From UHGV virus genome UHGV-0213215: a stretch of DNA of 33,032 bases; one strand, given 5' to 3'. The notes under the pieces are model-generated. The model did no database searches. It saw nothing but the letters and a program-made list of their open reading frames with translations, and was not told the DNA's origin. Of the stretch, positions 1 through 6,870 are shown in pieces. Numbering within the stretch: the stretch's first letter is position 1; each line of letters opens with the position of its first letter. Source of the stretch: a virus. A program made the position numbers and the translations under genes.

Positions 1-136
1 TTGCGTATGCGTCGCGCTAGCGACGGCAGCTGTCGTCCTCGCCGCCTACGCGGCGCTGCTCGCCATCGCGAGCGCGACGGTCCCGCAGGTGCCGCAGCCG
101 ACGACGAAGGTTGTCGTCTACGACGCCCTGCCGTAG
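1..136 (+). CDS. 3' part of a 51-aa single-TM protein spanning the window junction (begins at 33013)
   Basis: Frame 2 reads CVCVALATAAVVLAAYAALLAIASATVPQVPQPTTKVVVYDALP* (TAG 134-136), in frame with ATG GGA CGT GAC CTC AAG CT at the window end; hydrophobic N-terminal stretch. Confidence 0.7.
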   Translation, partial: CVCVALATAAVVLAAYAALLAIASATVPQVPQPTTKVVVYDALP

Positions 137-148
137 AGAGGAGCGACA

Positions 149-535
149 ATGTACGAGCCTTACGGTATGCCGCAGAACCCGATGCAGCTGGCGCAGCAGC
201 TGATGGGGAGCTACCAGCAGAGGGTGGCGCCGCAGCAGCTGATTCGCGTCACGGGCATGGAGGGAGCAAAGGCCTACCAGATGGGCCCCAACTCGTGCGT
301 TCCGCTGTTCGACTCCGACAAGGACATCATGTACGTCAAGAGCACGGACGGCGCGGGCTTCCCGACCGTCCGTGCTTTCTCGTTCTCGCCGATGGAGGAG
401 CCGCACGAGCCGGCGCGGGACTACGTGACCCGCGAGGAGCTCGAGGAGTTCGAGCGCAGCATCAGGGAGATGGTCGACAATGGCAAGCAGCCTGTTTCGG
501 GACGACGCAACGGGGCCCGCAAGGATGGCGAGTGA
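149..535 (+). CDS. hypothetical protein, gene 1 of post-lysin cassette
   Basis: RBS AGAGGAG; Q/P/M-rich N-terminus then GAKAY..GPNS.V.LFDSD....YVKSTDGAGFP motif that I recall from uncharacterised gut-phage proteins; C-terminal YVTREELEE helix. Confidence 0.8.
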   Translation: MYEPYGMPQNPMQLAQQLMGSYQQRVAPQQLIRVTGMEGAKAYQMGPNSCVPLFDSDKDIMYVKSTDGAGFPTVRAFSFSPMEEPHEPARDYVTREELEEFERSIREMVDNGKQPVSGRRNGARKDGE

Positions 536-692
536 GGCAATGCGCCGACAGGGGCCCGAGGCCGTGTTCGCTGCCCTTATGGGCTCAAACCCGCAATTCA
601 GACAGTTCGTCGAGCAAAACAGGGGTAAGTCCCCCGAGCAGATAGCGCGTGAGCACGGCATCGACTTCTCAGCGCTCAAGTCAAAGTTCTGA
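480..692 (+). CDS. small helical hypothetical protein (NPQF...GKSPEQIA..HGID), cassette gene 2
   Basis: ORF track; AGGGAG upstream; start could be 480, 525 or 540. Confidence 0.7.
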   Translation: MASSLFRDDATGPARMASEAMRRQGPEAVFAALMGSNPQFRQFVEQNRGKSPEQIAREHGIDFSALKSKF

Positions 693-748
693 TAGGCACG
701 CGAAGGCGCCTCGCGTTCCTTGGATAACGGAAGACGAAGGGAGTAACG

Positions 749-1333
749 ATGGCTATGAGCGACTATTCACTTTCTGACCTCGTCGCCGCGACCGGTGAGA
801 ACGGCTTCGGCGGCAACGGCGCGTGGTGGCTCATCATCCTGTTCGCGATGATCTGGGGGTGGGGAGGCAACGGAATCAACCGTGGCGGCGAGCAGCCCGT
901 CACCGAGGCGGGCCTGTGCAACGCCATGAACTTCAACGGCCTCGAGAACGCCGTCGGGCGCCTGTCCGACCAGCAGGCCGCGATCGCCCGCCAGAGCGAC
1001 AACGCGATCTGCAACCTTGGCTACGAGAACGCCCGCCTCGCCAACGAGACGCAGCGCCAGCTCGCCGAGTGCTGCTGCACGACGCAGCGCGGCATCGACT
1101 CCGTCAACTACAACGGCGCGATGAACACGGCGGCCATCAACGCCAACACCACGGCCCAGACGCAGAAGATCCTCGACGCAATCTGCGGGAACCGCATGGC
1201 CGACATGCAGAACCAGATCAACCAGCTCCAGCTCCAGAACGCCCTCTGCGGCGTCGTGCGCTACCCCAACGCCACGACGTTCAACGCGGGCGGCAACCCG
1301 TTCTTCGGGGCCTGCGGCTGCGCGAGCATCTAG
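749..1333 (+). CDS. Gly-rich/hydrophobic N-terminus + N/Q-rich coiled-coil, Cys-rich protein, cassette gene 3
   Basis: RBS AAGGGAG; GGNGAWWLIILFAMIWGWGG segment, CCC motif, heptad-like N/Q/A region, CGC tail; strongly C/G-ending codons. Confidence 0.85.
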   Translation: MAMSDYSLSDLVAATGENGFGGNGAWWLIILFAMIWGWGGNGINRGGEQPVTEAGLCNAMNFNGLENAVGRLSDQQAAIARQSDNAICNLGYENARLANETQRQLAECCCTTQRGIDSVNYNGAMNTAAINANTTAQTQKILDAICGNRMADMQNQINQLQLQNALCGVVRYPNATTFNAGGNPFFGACGCASI

Positions 1334-1374
1334 GCGGCATCATCTAGGGCACTCGTGCCTGGGGAGTCATCGTT

Positions 1375-1410
1375 CGGGCACGTGTCCACGCGGCGCGTGC
1401 CCGTCTTTTT
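1375..1410 (+). terminator. probable intrinsic terminator inside the cassette
   Basis: Stem CGGGCACGTGTC / GGCGCGTGCCCG followed by TCTTTTT. Confidence 0.65.
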
Positions 1411-1421
1411 AAGGAGGAAAA

Positions 1422-1847
1422 ATGTCCTGCAAGTCCGCAATCTACTCGGCGCTCCAGACGAGCTCGACCGTCACCGTTTCCGACGCCTCGGGGGCCACGC
1501 TCCCGCTCGGTGCGACCATCCGCCGCTTCGGCTGCAACCTCGGCATGTCCGGCAACGGCATCATCGCGTCTGGCTGCGGCTACTACCGGGTGGCAGCTAA
1601 CGTCACCATCACGCCAGCGACGGCGGGGACGTACACGCTGAGGCTGCTGAGGGACGGCGTGCCGGTTCCCGGTGCCATGCAGGTCGCGGCGGTCGCGGCT
1701 GGCACGCCCGCGTCGCTCGAAGTCGGCGCGCTCGTGCGCAACCAGTGCTGCGACGAGACGTCCACGCTCACGCTCTCACTCACCGCTGCGACGACGCCGG
1801 CGACCGTCACCGTCGACAACGTCGCCGTCATGGCCGAGAGGATCTAG
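1422..1847 (+). CDS. all-beta protein resembling a BclA C-terminal/C1q-TNF-like domain, cassette gene 4
   Basis: RBS AAGGAGG; alternating beta-strand pattern with GYYRVAANVT and L.DGVPVPGA motifs; fold call is by pattern only. Confidence 0.65.
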   Translation: MSCKSAIYSALQTSSTVTVSDASGATLPLGATIRRFGCNLGMSGNGIIASGCGYYRVAANVTITPATAGTYTLRLLRDGVPVPGAMQVAAVAAGTPASLEVGALVRNQCCDETSTLTLSLTAATTPATVTVDNVAVMAERI

Positions 1848-1859
1848 CCAAGTCGGGAG

Positions 1860-2168
1860 GTGGTCGCGATGGTGTCCGTCGAGGACGTCGACCGAGAGAT
1901 TATGGAGCTCGAGAGGCGCGACGCGTCCTATTCCGTCGTCGAGCGCCTGTGCTGGCTGTACGTCGTGAGGGACCACCTGCGGTCCGACGCAGTGGATAGG
2001 ACGGTGGAGAGGACGGGGGACCTAGGCGGGAGCGACTTCCTGGTAGCCGCGTCGATGGTCCCGCTCGGCGACCTCATGGCAGTGCTCAACGAGCACATGG
2101 AGTCCATCAGGGTCTCATGCCCGCAGGAGTACGAGTCCGTCATCGCGAGGATTCGGGCGCTCAGATAG
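1860..2168 (+). CDS. helical hypothetical protein, cassette gene 5
   Basis: GGGAGG upstream (start 1860 or 1869); amphipathic helices; followed by terminator. Confidence 0.75.
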   Translation: MVAMVSVEDVDREIMELERRDASYSVVERLCWLYVVRDHLRSDAVDRTVERTGDLGGSDFLVAASMVPLGDLMAVLNEHMESIRVSCPQEYESVIARIRALR

Positions 2169-2173
2169 CGCCG

Positions 2174-2211
2174 AGCGCCCCCGGGAATGTTCCACGGGGG
2201 CGCTTTTGTTT
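2174..2211 (+). terminator. intrinsic terminator closing the late/cassette transcript
   Basis: Stem AGCGCCCCCG-GGAA / TTCC-A-CGGGGGCGCT followed by TTTGTTT. Confidence 0.75.
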
Positions 2212-2222
2212 CACGTGAAACA
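2207..2222. promoter_or_regulatory. parS: parS site (chromosomal ParB/Spo0J-binding palindrome)
   Basis: Perfect 16-bp palindrome TGTTTCACGTGAAACA matching the widespread chromosomal parS consensus, intergenic. Confidence 0.85.
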
Positions 2223-2235
2223 TAACGAAAACACG

Positions 2236-2271
2236 GTTTACCGCGCAAAACCACGCTGAAAGTTGTATAAT
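2236..2271 (+). promoter_or_regulatory. putative promoter of the recombination operon
   Basis: TATAAT 2266-2271 in an AT-rich gap, GGTTTACCGCG box upstream, leader hairpin CGGGGG-AATGTG-CCCCCG and AGGAGG RBS downstream. Confidence 0.65.
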
Positions 2272-2321
2272 GTAACTAGTCGGGGGAATGTGCCCCCGCC
2301 TACCAGATAGGAGGTCTGGGA

Positions 2322-3125
2322 ATGGGAATGTTCAGAGCGCTGAGGGCCGACGAGGTCGAGGCGCGCGTGGCCACGTGCAGCGAGAAGGGCGCCTCGCTCC
2401 TGCTGTACAAGACGAGCCGAACCGACATGGCGCTGCTCGACGAGACCGTAGGGCCCGAGCGGTGGCAGTGCCGGTACGAGGAGGTCAAGGGGGCGCTGAA
2501 CTGCTCCCTCGGCCTGTACGTGGAGCCCGGGGACGGCAGCGCCGAGTGGATTTGGAAGCAGGCCGCGGGCTCGCCGTCGAACATGGAGGCCGAGAAGGGC
2601 GAGAGCAGCGACGCGCTCAAGCGCGCGGGCTTCCTCTGGGGCATCGGCCGCGAGCTGTACACGGCGCCGTTCGTATGGGTACCCGCCGACCGCCTCAAGC
2701 GCCTAAACAATCGCAACGGCAGGTGGCAGTGCTACGACCGGTTCGACGTCGCCGAGTTCGAGGTCGAGCATGGGCGAATCGCAGCGCTGGCAATCGTCCG
2801 CGAGGGCACCTCGGACGTCGTCTACCGCTGGCATGGAGCCAAGGCGGGAGAGCATGCGGAGAAAGGCAAGACGGCGCCTCAGAGCGCCCCTCAGCCCGTC
2901 TCAGGCACCAACCAGCCCGCCTCGGACCAACAGACCGCCGCGATAGCCGCGAACGCCAAGCGGCTGGCTGACGTTCGCGGCGTGGGCGTCGAGGTGGTCA
3001 TGCGGTCCGTGGCCCAGAGCAAGGCGGCCCAGAGGGCTGGCGTGCGCGAGGACTTCGGCATGCTCACCGACGCGCAAGCGCAGGTCGTGCAGATGGTCCT
3101 CACCGGATGGCTCGCAAAGGCCTAG
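2322..3125 (+). CDS. Sak/Rad52-like single-strand annealing protein
   Basis: FRALRADEVEARV...LLLYK...LDETVG..W...EKGESSDALKRA...WGIGRELY motifs typical of phage Rad52-like recombinases; directly before ssb. Confidence 0.8.
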   Translation: MGMFRALRADEVEARVATCSEKGASLLLYKTSRTDMALLDETVGPERWQCRYEEVKGALNCSLGLYVEPGDGSAEWIWKQAAGSPSNMEAEKGESSDALKRAGFLWGIGRELYTAPFVWVPADRLKRLNNRNGRWQCYDRFDVAEFEVEHGRIAALAIVREGTSDVVYRWHGAKAGEHAEKGKTAPQSAPQPVSGTNQPASDQQTAAIAANAKRLADVRGVGVEVVMRSVAQSKAAQRAGVREDFGMLTDAQAQVVQMVLTGWLAKA

Positions 3126-3190
3126 CAACAAGCCGCATGTAGAAGGCAATTCAAAATCTTTCGACACAAAACGACACGCAAGGGGAAGGC

Positions 3191-3574
3191 ATGTTCGCAA
3201 TCAACAGCTTCACCATCTCGGGAAACCTCACGAGAGACCCGGAGGCAAAGAGCACGCCGAGCGGCACCGTCGTCGTCAACGGCGGGATCGCGCACAACGA
3301 GCGCCGAAAGGTCAACGGCGAGTGGCAGGACGTCCCGCAGTTCTTCGACTTCGTCTGCTTCGGTAAATTCGCCGAGTCGCTGGCACGCCTCCGCAAGGGC
3401 CAGCAGGTGGTCCTCAGCGGCTCGCTGGGCTACAGGTCCTGGGAGGCCAAGGACGGCTCCAAGCGCTCGAAGGTCGAGCTCGTCGTGAGGGACGCCGTGA
3501 CGCCGAGGGAGGGCAAGGCCGCGCCGCAGGGCTCCTCCCAGCCTGACGTCTACGACGAGGACATCCCGTTCTAG
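3191..3574 (+). CDS. ssb: single-stranded DNA-binding protein
   Basis: IN..TISGNLTRDPE..TPSG, FFDFVCFG, LRKGQQV, acidic DEDIPF C-terminus. Confidence 0.95.
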   Translation: MFAINSFTISGNLTRDPEAKSTPSGTVVVNGGIAHNERRKVNGEWQDVPQFFDFVCFGKFAESLARLRKGQQVVLSGSLGYRSWEAKDGSKRSKVELVVRDAVTPREGKAAPQGSSQPDVYDEDIPF

Positions 3575-3653
3575 CGGTACGCTAACAGAGGTACGCGGTG
3601 CGCCTCCGCACGCCATCGAGGGCCTCGCGCTTGGCGGCGCGGGGCCCTTCTCG

Positions 3654-3696
3654 TTCGGAGCTGCTTCGGAGCAGCTTCGGAGTAGCTTCGGAGTAC
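3654..3696 (+). repeat. 11-bp tandem repeat, ~4 copies (TTCGGAGYWGC), with an inverted copy at 3751-3759
   Basis: TTCGGAGCTGC TTCGGAGCAGC TTCGGAGTAGC TTCGGAGTAC; CTCCGAACG at 3751-3759 is the reverse complement of 3652-3660. Confidence 0.9.
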
Positions 3697-3755
3697 AATC
3701 GGCGTGCGCGGCAGCTCGTGCGCGGGGCTGTGGCCCCGTTGCCGCGACCTCTCCG

Positions 3756-3788
3756 AACGGAGTCCCTCGTCATGGGGACTCCGTTTTT
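3756..3788 (+). terminator. intrinsic terminator upstream of the rep promoter
   Basis: Stem AACGGAGTCCCT / GGGGACTCCGTT followed by TTT. Confidence 0.75.
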
Positions 3789-3830
3789 CGTTTGGGGTCA
3801 GGCCTCGAGAGGCGCAACCCGTCCTCTTGC

Positions 3831-3868
3831 ATTTTCTCGCGCTAATCGCGCCGTTCTAGTTGTATAAT
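3831..3868 (+). promoter_or_regulatory. putative promoter of the replication initiator gene
   Basis: AGTTGTATAAT (same 11-mer as 2261-2271), ATTTTCTCGCG box 21 nt upstream of TATAAT. Confidence 0.65.
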
Positions 3869-3873
3869 TGTCT

Positions 3874-3973
3874 AAGCGGGTTGCAGCCGCGACTACATAT
3901 CCAACAAGCGGGAAGTATCCCGCTTGCAATACATCGAGGCCCGTGGATTGCTGCAACCAGTCCACGGGCCTCG
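3874..3973 (+). ncRNA. putative structured cis-regulatory leader of rep (three hairpins, kissing loops)
   Basis: Loop GTTGCAG (3880-3886) and loop CTGCAAC (3951-3957) are exact complements; a 9-bp hairpin lies between them. Confidence 0.55.
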
Positions 3974-3990
3974 TCCATTTGGGAGGGGCG

Positions 3991-4893
3991 TTGAACGGTT
4001 ACGTTGCAATTCTCAGGCAGGGTGGCTTCATCCAGGTCAACCGAGACATCGCAAGGTGCTTCGGTCTCGACGCTGCTGTCTTGATAGGCGAGCTGTGCGC
4101 GAGGGCCTACCAGCACGCAGACGATCGCGGCTGGTTCTGGGCCACCTACGAGCAGCTGGGCGACGCGACGTGCCTGTCGCCGCACCGCATCCGTGAGGCC
4201 GTTAAGGCGCTGGGGGGAATCGTCGAGGTCGAGGCACGAGGCCTCCCGAGGCGCAACTACTACCGTGTGAACGCCGAGGCGCTGGGCGAGTACTTCGAGG
4301 GCGACTTGCAGTCAAAGACGCGCTCAGCCAGTCGTGAAAATGTTAACGACAAGGACGGCGGAATCTTAACCACCAGTACCGACGAATCTTCACGGCATCT
4401 TTATATAGGTAAGAAAGAACGATCTACTAAGAACGATGAGAAAGATGTTGGCGCCTCGGCGCCAAAGCCAGCCAAGAGGAAGGCGCCGAGGCGCAAGGCC
4501 TACGGCGAGTACGGCCGCTGCATGCTCACCGACGAGGAGCTGGCGAAGCTCAAGGCCGAGTTCCCCGACTGGGAGGAGAGAATCCGTCGCCTCGACGAGT
4601 ACTGCGAGAGCAAGGGGCGGAGCTACAAGAACGGCCTCGCGACCATTCGCAGTTGGGCGCGGCGCGACGCCGAGCGCGACGGATCGAGGGCCGTTCCGAA
4701 GCCCGAGAGGCCCACGGACCCAATCTTCGCCGAGGCCAAGTCATACTGGCAGAACGTCATGAAGCACAGGCTTCTTGACGCCGAGCACATCGCGGCACTG
4801 AGGGCCAACGAAGAGTTCATGGCGGGCCTCGACCCGCGAGACGTCGAGTACCTGGGCGAGCTCGAGGCCAAGGCTCAGGGAAGATTTTTCTAA
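3991..4893 (+). CDS. phage replication initiator / replisome organiser (N-terminal winged HTH)
   Basis: TTG start after GGGAGGGG; GFIQVNRDIARCFGLDAAVLIGEL..WFWATYEQL..T.LS...IR.A...L...RGLPRRNYYRVN pattern; YKNGLATIRSW C-domain; upstream of DnaC-like gene. Confidence 0.8.
   Translation: MNGYVAILRQGGFIQVNRDIARCFGLDAAVLIGELCARAYQHADDRGWFWATYEQLGDATCLSPHRIREAVKALGGIVEVEARGLPRRNYYRVNAEALGEYFEGDLQSKTRSASRENVNDKDGGILTTSTDESSRHLYIGKKERSTKNDEKDVGASAPKPAKRKAPRRKAYGEYGRCMLTDEELAKLKAEFPDWEERIRRLDEYCESKGRSYKNGLATIRSWARRDAERDGSRAVPKPERPTDPIFAEAKSYWQNVMKHRLLDAEHIAALRANEEFMAGLDPRDVEYLGELEAKAQGRFF
4331..4440. other. candidate replication origin inside rep (23-bp-spaced iteron cores + AT-rich tract)
   Basis: AATGTTAAC (4339), AATCTTAAC (4362), AATCTTCAC (4385) at exact 23-nt period followed by TTTATATAGGTAAGAAAGAA. 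Confidence 0.5.
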
Positions 4894-4978
4894 AAAGTCG
4901 CGTTTTTCGTGCGTTTTCTGTTTGACTAGCGTATAATCGAAACTGTAAGAAAGGCAGAGGGGCTAAGGGCCCTGCCTC
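4891..4978 (+). promoter_or_regulatory. putative promoter and leader hairpin of the DnaC-like gene
   Basis: TTTTTCGTGCG box, TATAAT 4932-4937, hairpin GGCAGAGGGG-CTAAG-GGCCCTGCC resembling the dispersed leader repeat. Confidence 0.6.
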
Positions 4979-4997
4979 GTCGATTTTGGAGGCACGC

Positions 4998-5801
4998 ATG
5001 GAGCTCGGAGGGGTGGTCGCTAGGGCGGCGCGAGATGCGGGCCGCAGAACGGCTGACAGGCCGTCTCACGTCGGTTCGGACGGGCTGAGGGTCTGCGACG
5101 TGTGCGGGGAGCCGCTGGAGTGCCGCAAGACGTACAGGGGGCGCACGCTGACGCTGCCGTGCGCGTGCGCTTGCGACAGGGTCTTCGTCGACGAGTTCGC
5201 GGACGACCTCAAGAGGAGGGCAAGGGACGCGGCGCGCGCCAGGTGCTTCACGTCTCGAGCGGCGTGGGGACACACGTTCGAGGACGACGACGGTGGCAGC
5301 GGGGACGCCATGGAGACCTGCCGCAGGTGGGCCGAGCGCCAGGTCGGGGAGGGCAACGGCTTCGGTCTGGTCCTCCACGGCGCGCCCGACGCGGGCAAGA
5401 CGTACGCCGCCGACTGCATCGCCAACCACCTGCTCGACAACGGCGTGGCGGTGGTGAGCAGGTCCACGCCGTGGGTGCTGGGGAGGCCCTACGACGAGAC
5501 CCATGCCGTGATCCAGACGCTGTCGAGCGCGCCCGTCGCGGTGATAGACGACCTCGGGGCGGAGAGGGCCACGGCCTACGGCCAGGAGGTCGTCTACAGC
5601 ATCGTCGACAACAGGTACAGGGACGGGCTGCCCACGATCGTCACTACCAACCTCGGGCCCGACGAGATGGGCGGCGACGTCAAGGCCGAGCGCGTCTGGA
5701 ACAGGCTGCTCGAGAGGTGCCTCCCCGTCGAGTTCGCCACAGGTCGCAAACGTTACCGGCAGAGCACGCACGCCCAGATGATGGCCGAGCTATTCGGGTA
5801 G
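4998..5801 (+). CDS. DnaC/IstB-like AAA+ helicase loader with N-terminal Zn finger
   Basis: CDVCG...CAC Zn motif, Walker A GAPDAGKT, Walker B VIDDLGAE, IVDNRY, PTIVTTNL, RLLERC; GGAGG RBS. Confidence 0.9.
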   Translation: MELGGVVARAARDAGRRTADRPSHVGSDGLRVCDVCGEPLECRKTYRGRTLTLPCACACDRVFVDEFADDLKRRARDAARARCFTSRAAWGHTFEDDDGGSGDAMETCRRWAERQVGEGNGFGLVLHGAPDAGKTYAADCIANHLLDNGVAVVSRSTPWVLGRPYDETHAVIQTLSSAPVAVIDDLGAERATAYGQEVVYSIVDNRYRDGLPTIVTTNLGPDEMGGDVKAERVWNRLLERCLPVEFATGRKRYRQSTHAQMMAELFG

Positions 5802-5860
5802 CAAAAAAAAGTTTGGTTTTCCGCGAATTTCTCAGGTGCAACCAGCGCACGTTGTAGTAG

Positions 5861-5920
5861 TATATAAGTCGTAAAGAGGAGGGGCCGAGGGGCCCCGGAG
5901 AGAGAGGAACCAAGATGAGC
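5861..5920 (+). repeat. dispersed promoter-hairpin-RBS-ATG repeat, copy 1
   Basis: TATATAAGTCGTAAAGAGGAGGGGCCGAGGGGCCCCGGAGAGAGAGGAACCAAGATGAGC; 50/60 identical to copy 2 by manual alignment. Confidence 0.85.
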
Positions 5921-6160
5921 CGCACCCACTACTTCGCAATCGCCTACCGCAACACGGACGGCAACCCCTGCCTGTTCGAATGCGTGTACCTGTCCAGGAA
6001 GGCGCTCGTCGAGGAGATCGAGTACTGGGGCAACACGGTCGCCAAGGTCTGGACCGCCGAGCAGTTCGACGAGGCGCTCGAGGATTGGACGAACTACGAC
6101 GCCGACACCGAGGAGGCGTACGACTACATCCAGAGCCACGGCGCCGCCCGCATGCTCTAG
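5915..6160 (+). CDS. small acidic hypothetical protein
   Basis: First ORF after repeat copy 1; D/E- and aromatic-rich. Confidence 0.8.
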   Translation: MSRTHYFAIAYRNTDGNPCLFECVYLSRKALVEEIEYWGNTVAKVWTAEQFDEALEDWTNYDADTEEAYDYIQSHGAARML

Positions 6161-6218
6161 CGAGCGGGGCAACGCGCCCCGACATTCCAAAGGTTTCTCA
6201 AGCGAAGGAGACAGAAAG

Positions 6219-6485
6219 ATGAACGCACCCGAGTACATGGCGCTGGCGAACGAGGCCGAGGAGCTCTTCAACGTCCAGGACCGCATGTGCCAGAACTGCG
6301 GCCACTTCGTTGTCATCGCCGACGGCGGCATGCGCCACACCATAGGCTTCTGCGACCTCTGCAAGGGCGTCAGCTACGACCGCGAGACCGACGAGCTGAG
6401 GGCCAAGGTCGACGACCTGTACTGGGCCACCCACGAGGACAACGACGGCTGCGGGCGCTGGGAGCTGTCGGAGGACTGGGCGTGA
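6219..6485 (+). CDS. small Cys-containing hypothetical protein (CxNCxH..C..C)
   Basis: AAGGAG RBS; possible metal-binding motif. Confidence 0.75.
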   Translation: MNAPEYMALANEAEELFNVQDRMCQNCGHFVVIADGGMRHTIGFCDLCKGVSYDRETDELRAKVDDLYWATHEDNDGCGRWELSEDWA

Positions 6486-6736
6486 GGTGCCCGTGCTGCG
6501 GAGGCCGCGTCGTGCTGGTCTGCGGCCTCAGATACTGCGATAGGCGCCACGAAAACCCGTTCGGGTGGTCGTGCGGGTGCCTGGGCTGCGGCTGGAGAAC
6601 GGGGACCTACGGAGATCCATACGAGGCATTGGAGGAGATCAATGGTGTACAAGGTATGGTACCGGCACCTCTGCCAGGGTATGAAGACGGCCGACCTAGT
6701 GGCCGAGACCAAGGACAGGGACGAGGCCGAGCGTGA
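6482..6736 (+). CDS. Lar-like zinc-ribbon protein
   Basis: GTGA overlap with upstream stop; CPCCGG ... CLGCG..T.....EALEEIN pattern resembles the Lar family; 3' end overlaps next ORF. Confidence 0.5.
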   Translation: MRCPCCGGRVVLVCGLRYCDRRHENPFGWSCGCLGCGWRTGTYGDPYEALEEINGVQGMVPAPLPGYEDGRPSGRDQGQGRGRA

Positions 6737-6815
6737 GGCGTACGACGCCACCGACGACAGCGGCGAGGGCGTCGTGACGCTCGATGGCGAGATTGTCTGG
6801 AGGTGCTGGGAGTGA
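6642..6815 (+). CDS. small acidic hypothetical protein (57 aa, not in ORF track)
   Basis: GGAGGAG RBS; MVYKVWYRHLCQGMKTADLVAETKDRDEAEREAYDATDDSGEGVVTLDGEIVWRCWE*. Confidence 0.7.
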   Translation: MVYKVWYRHLCQGMKTADLVAETKDRDEAEREAYDATDDSGEGVVTLDGEIVWRCWE

Positions 6816-6870
6816 TGACTACGGCAGACGAGGAAGCGTCCTACATCCTTGCGGAATCGGAGGTGTTCCA

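Noticed and set aside
3654..3696. Possible mini-CRISPR array
   Set aside because: Units are 11 bp, directly adjacent and without spacers; no cas genes
3868..3990. N-terminal extension of Rep predicted by the ORF track
   Set aside because: The start overlaps the -10 hexamer and lacks an RBS; a good RBS precedes TTG 3991 and the region folds as a leader
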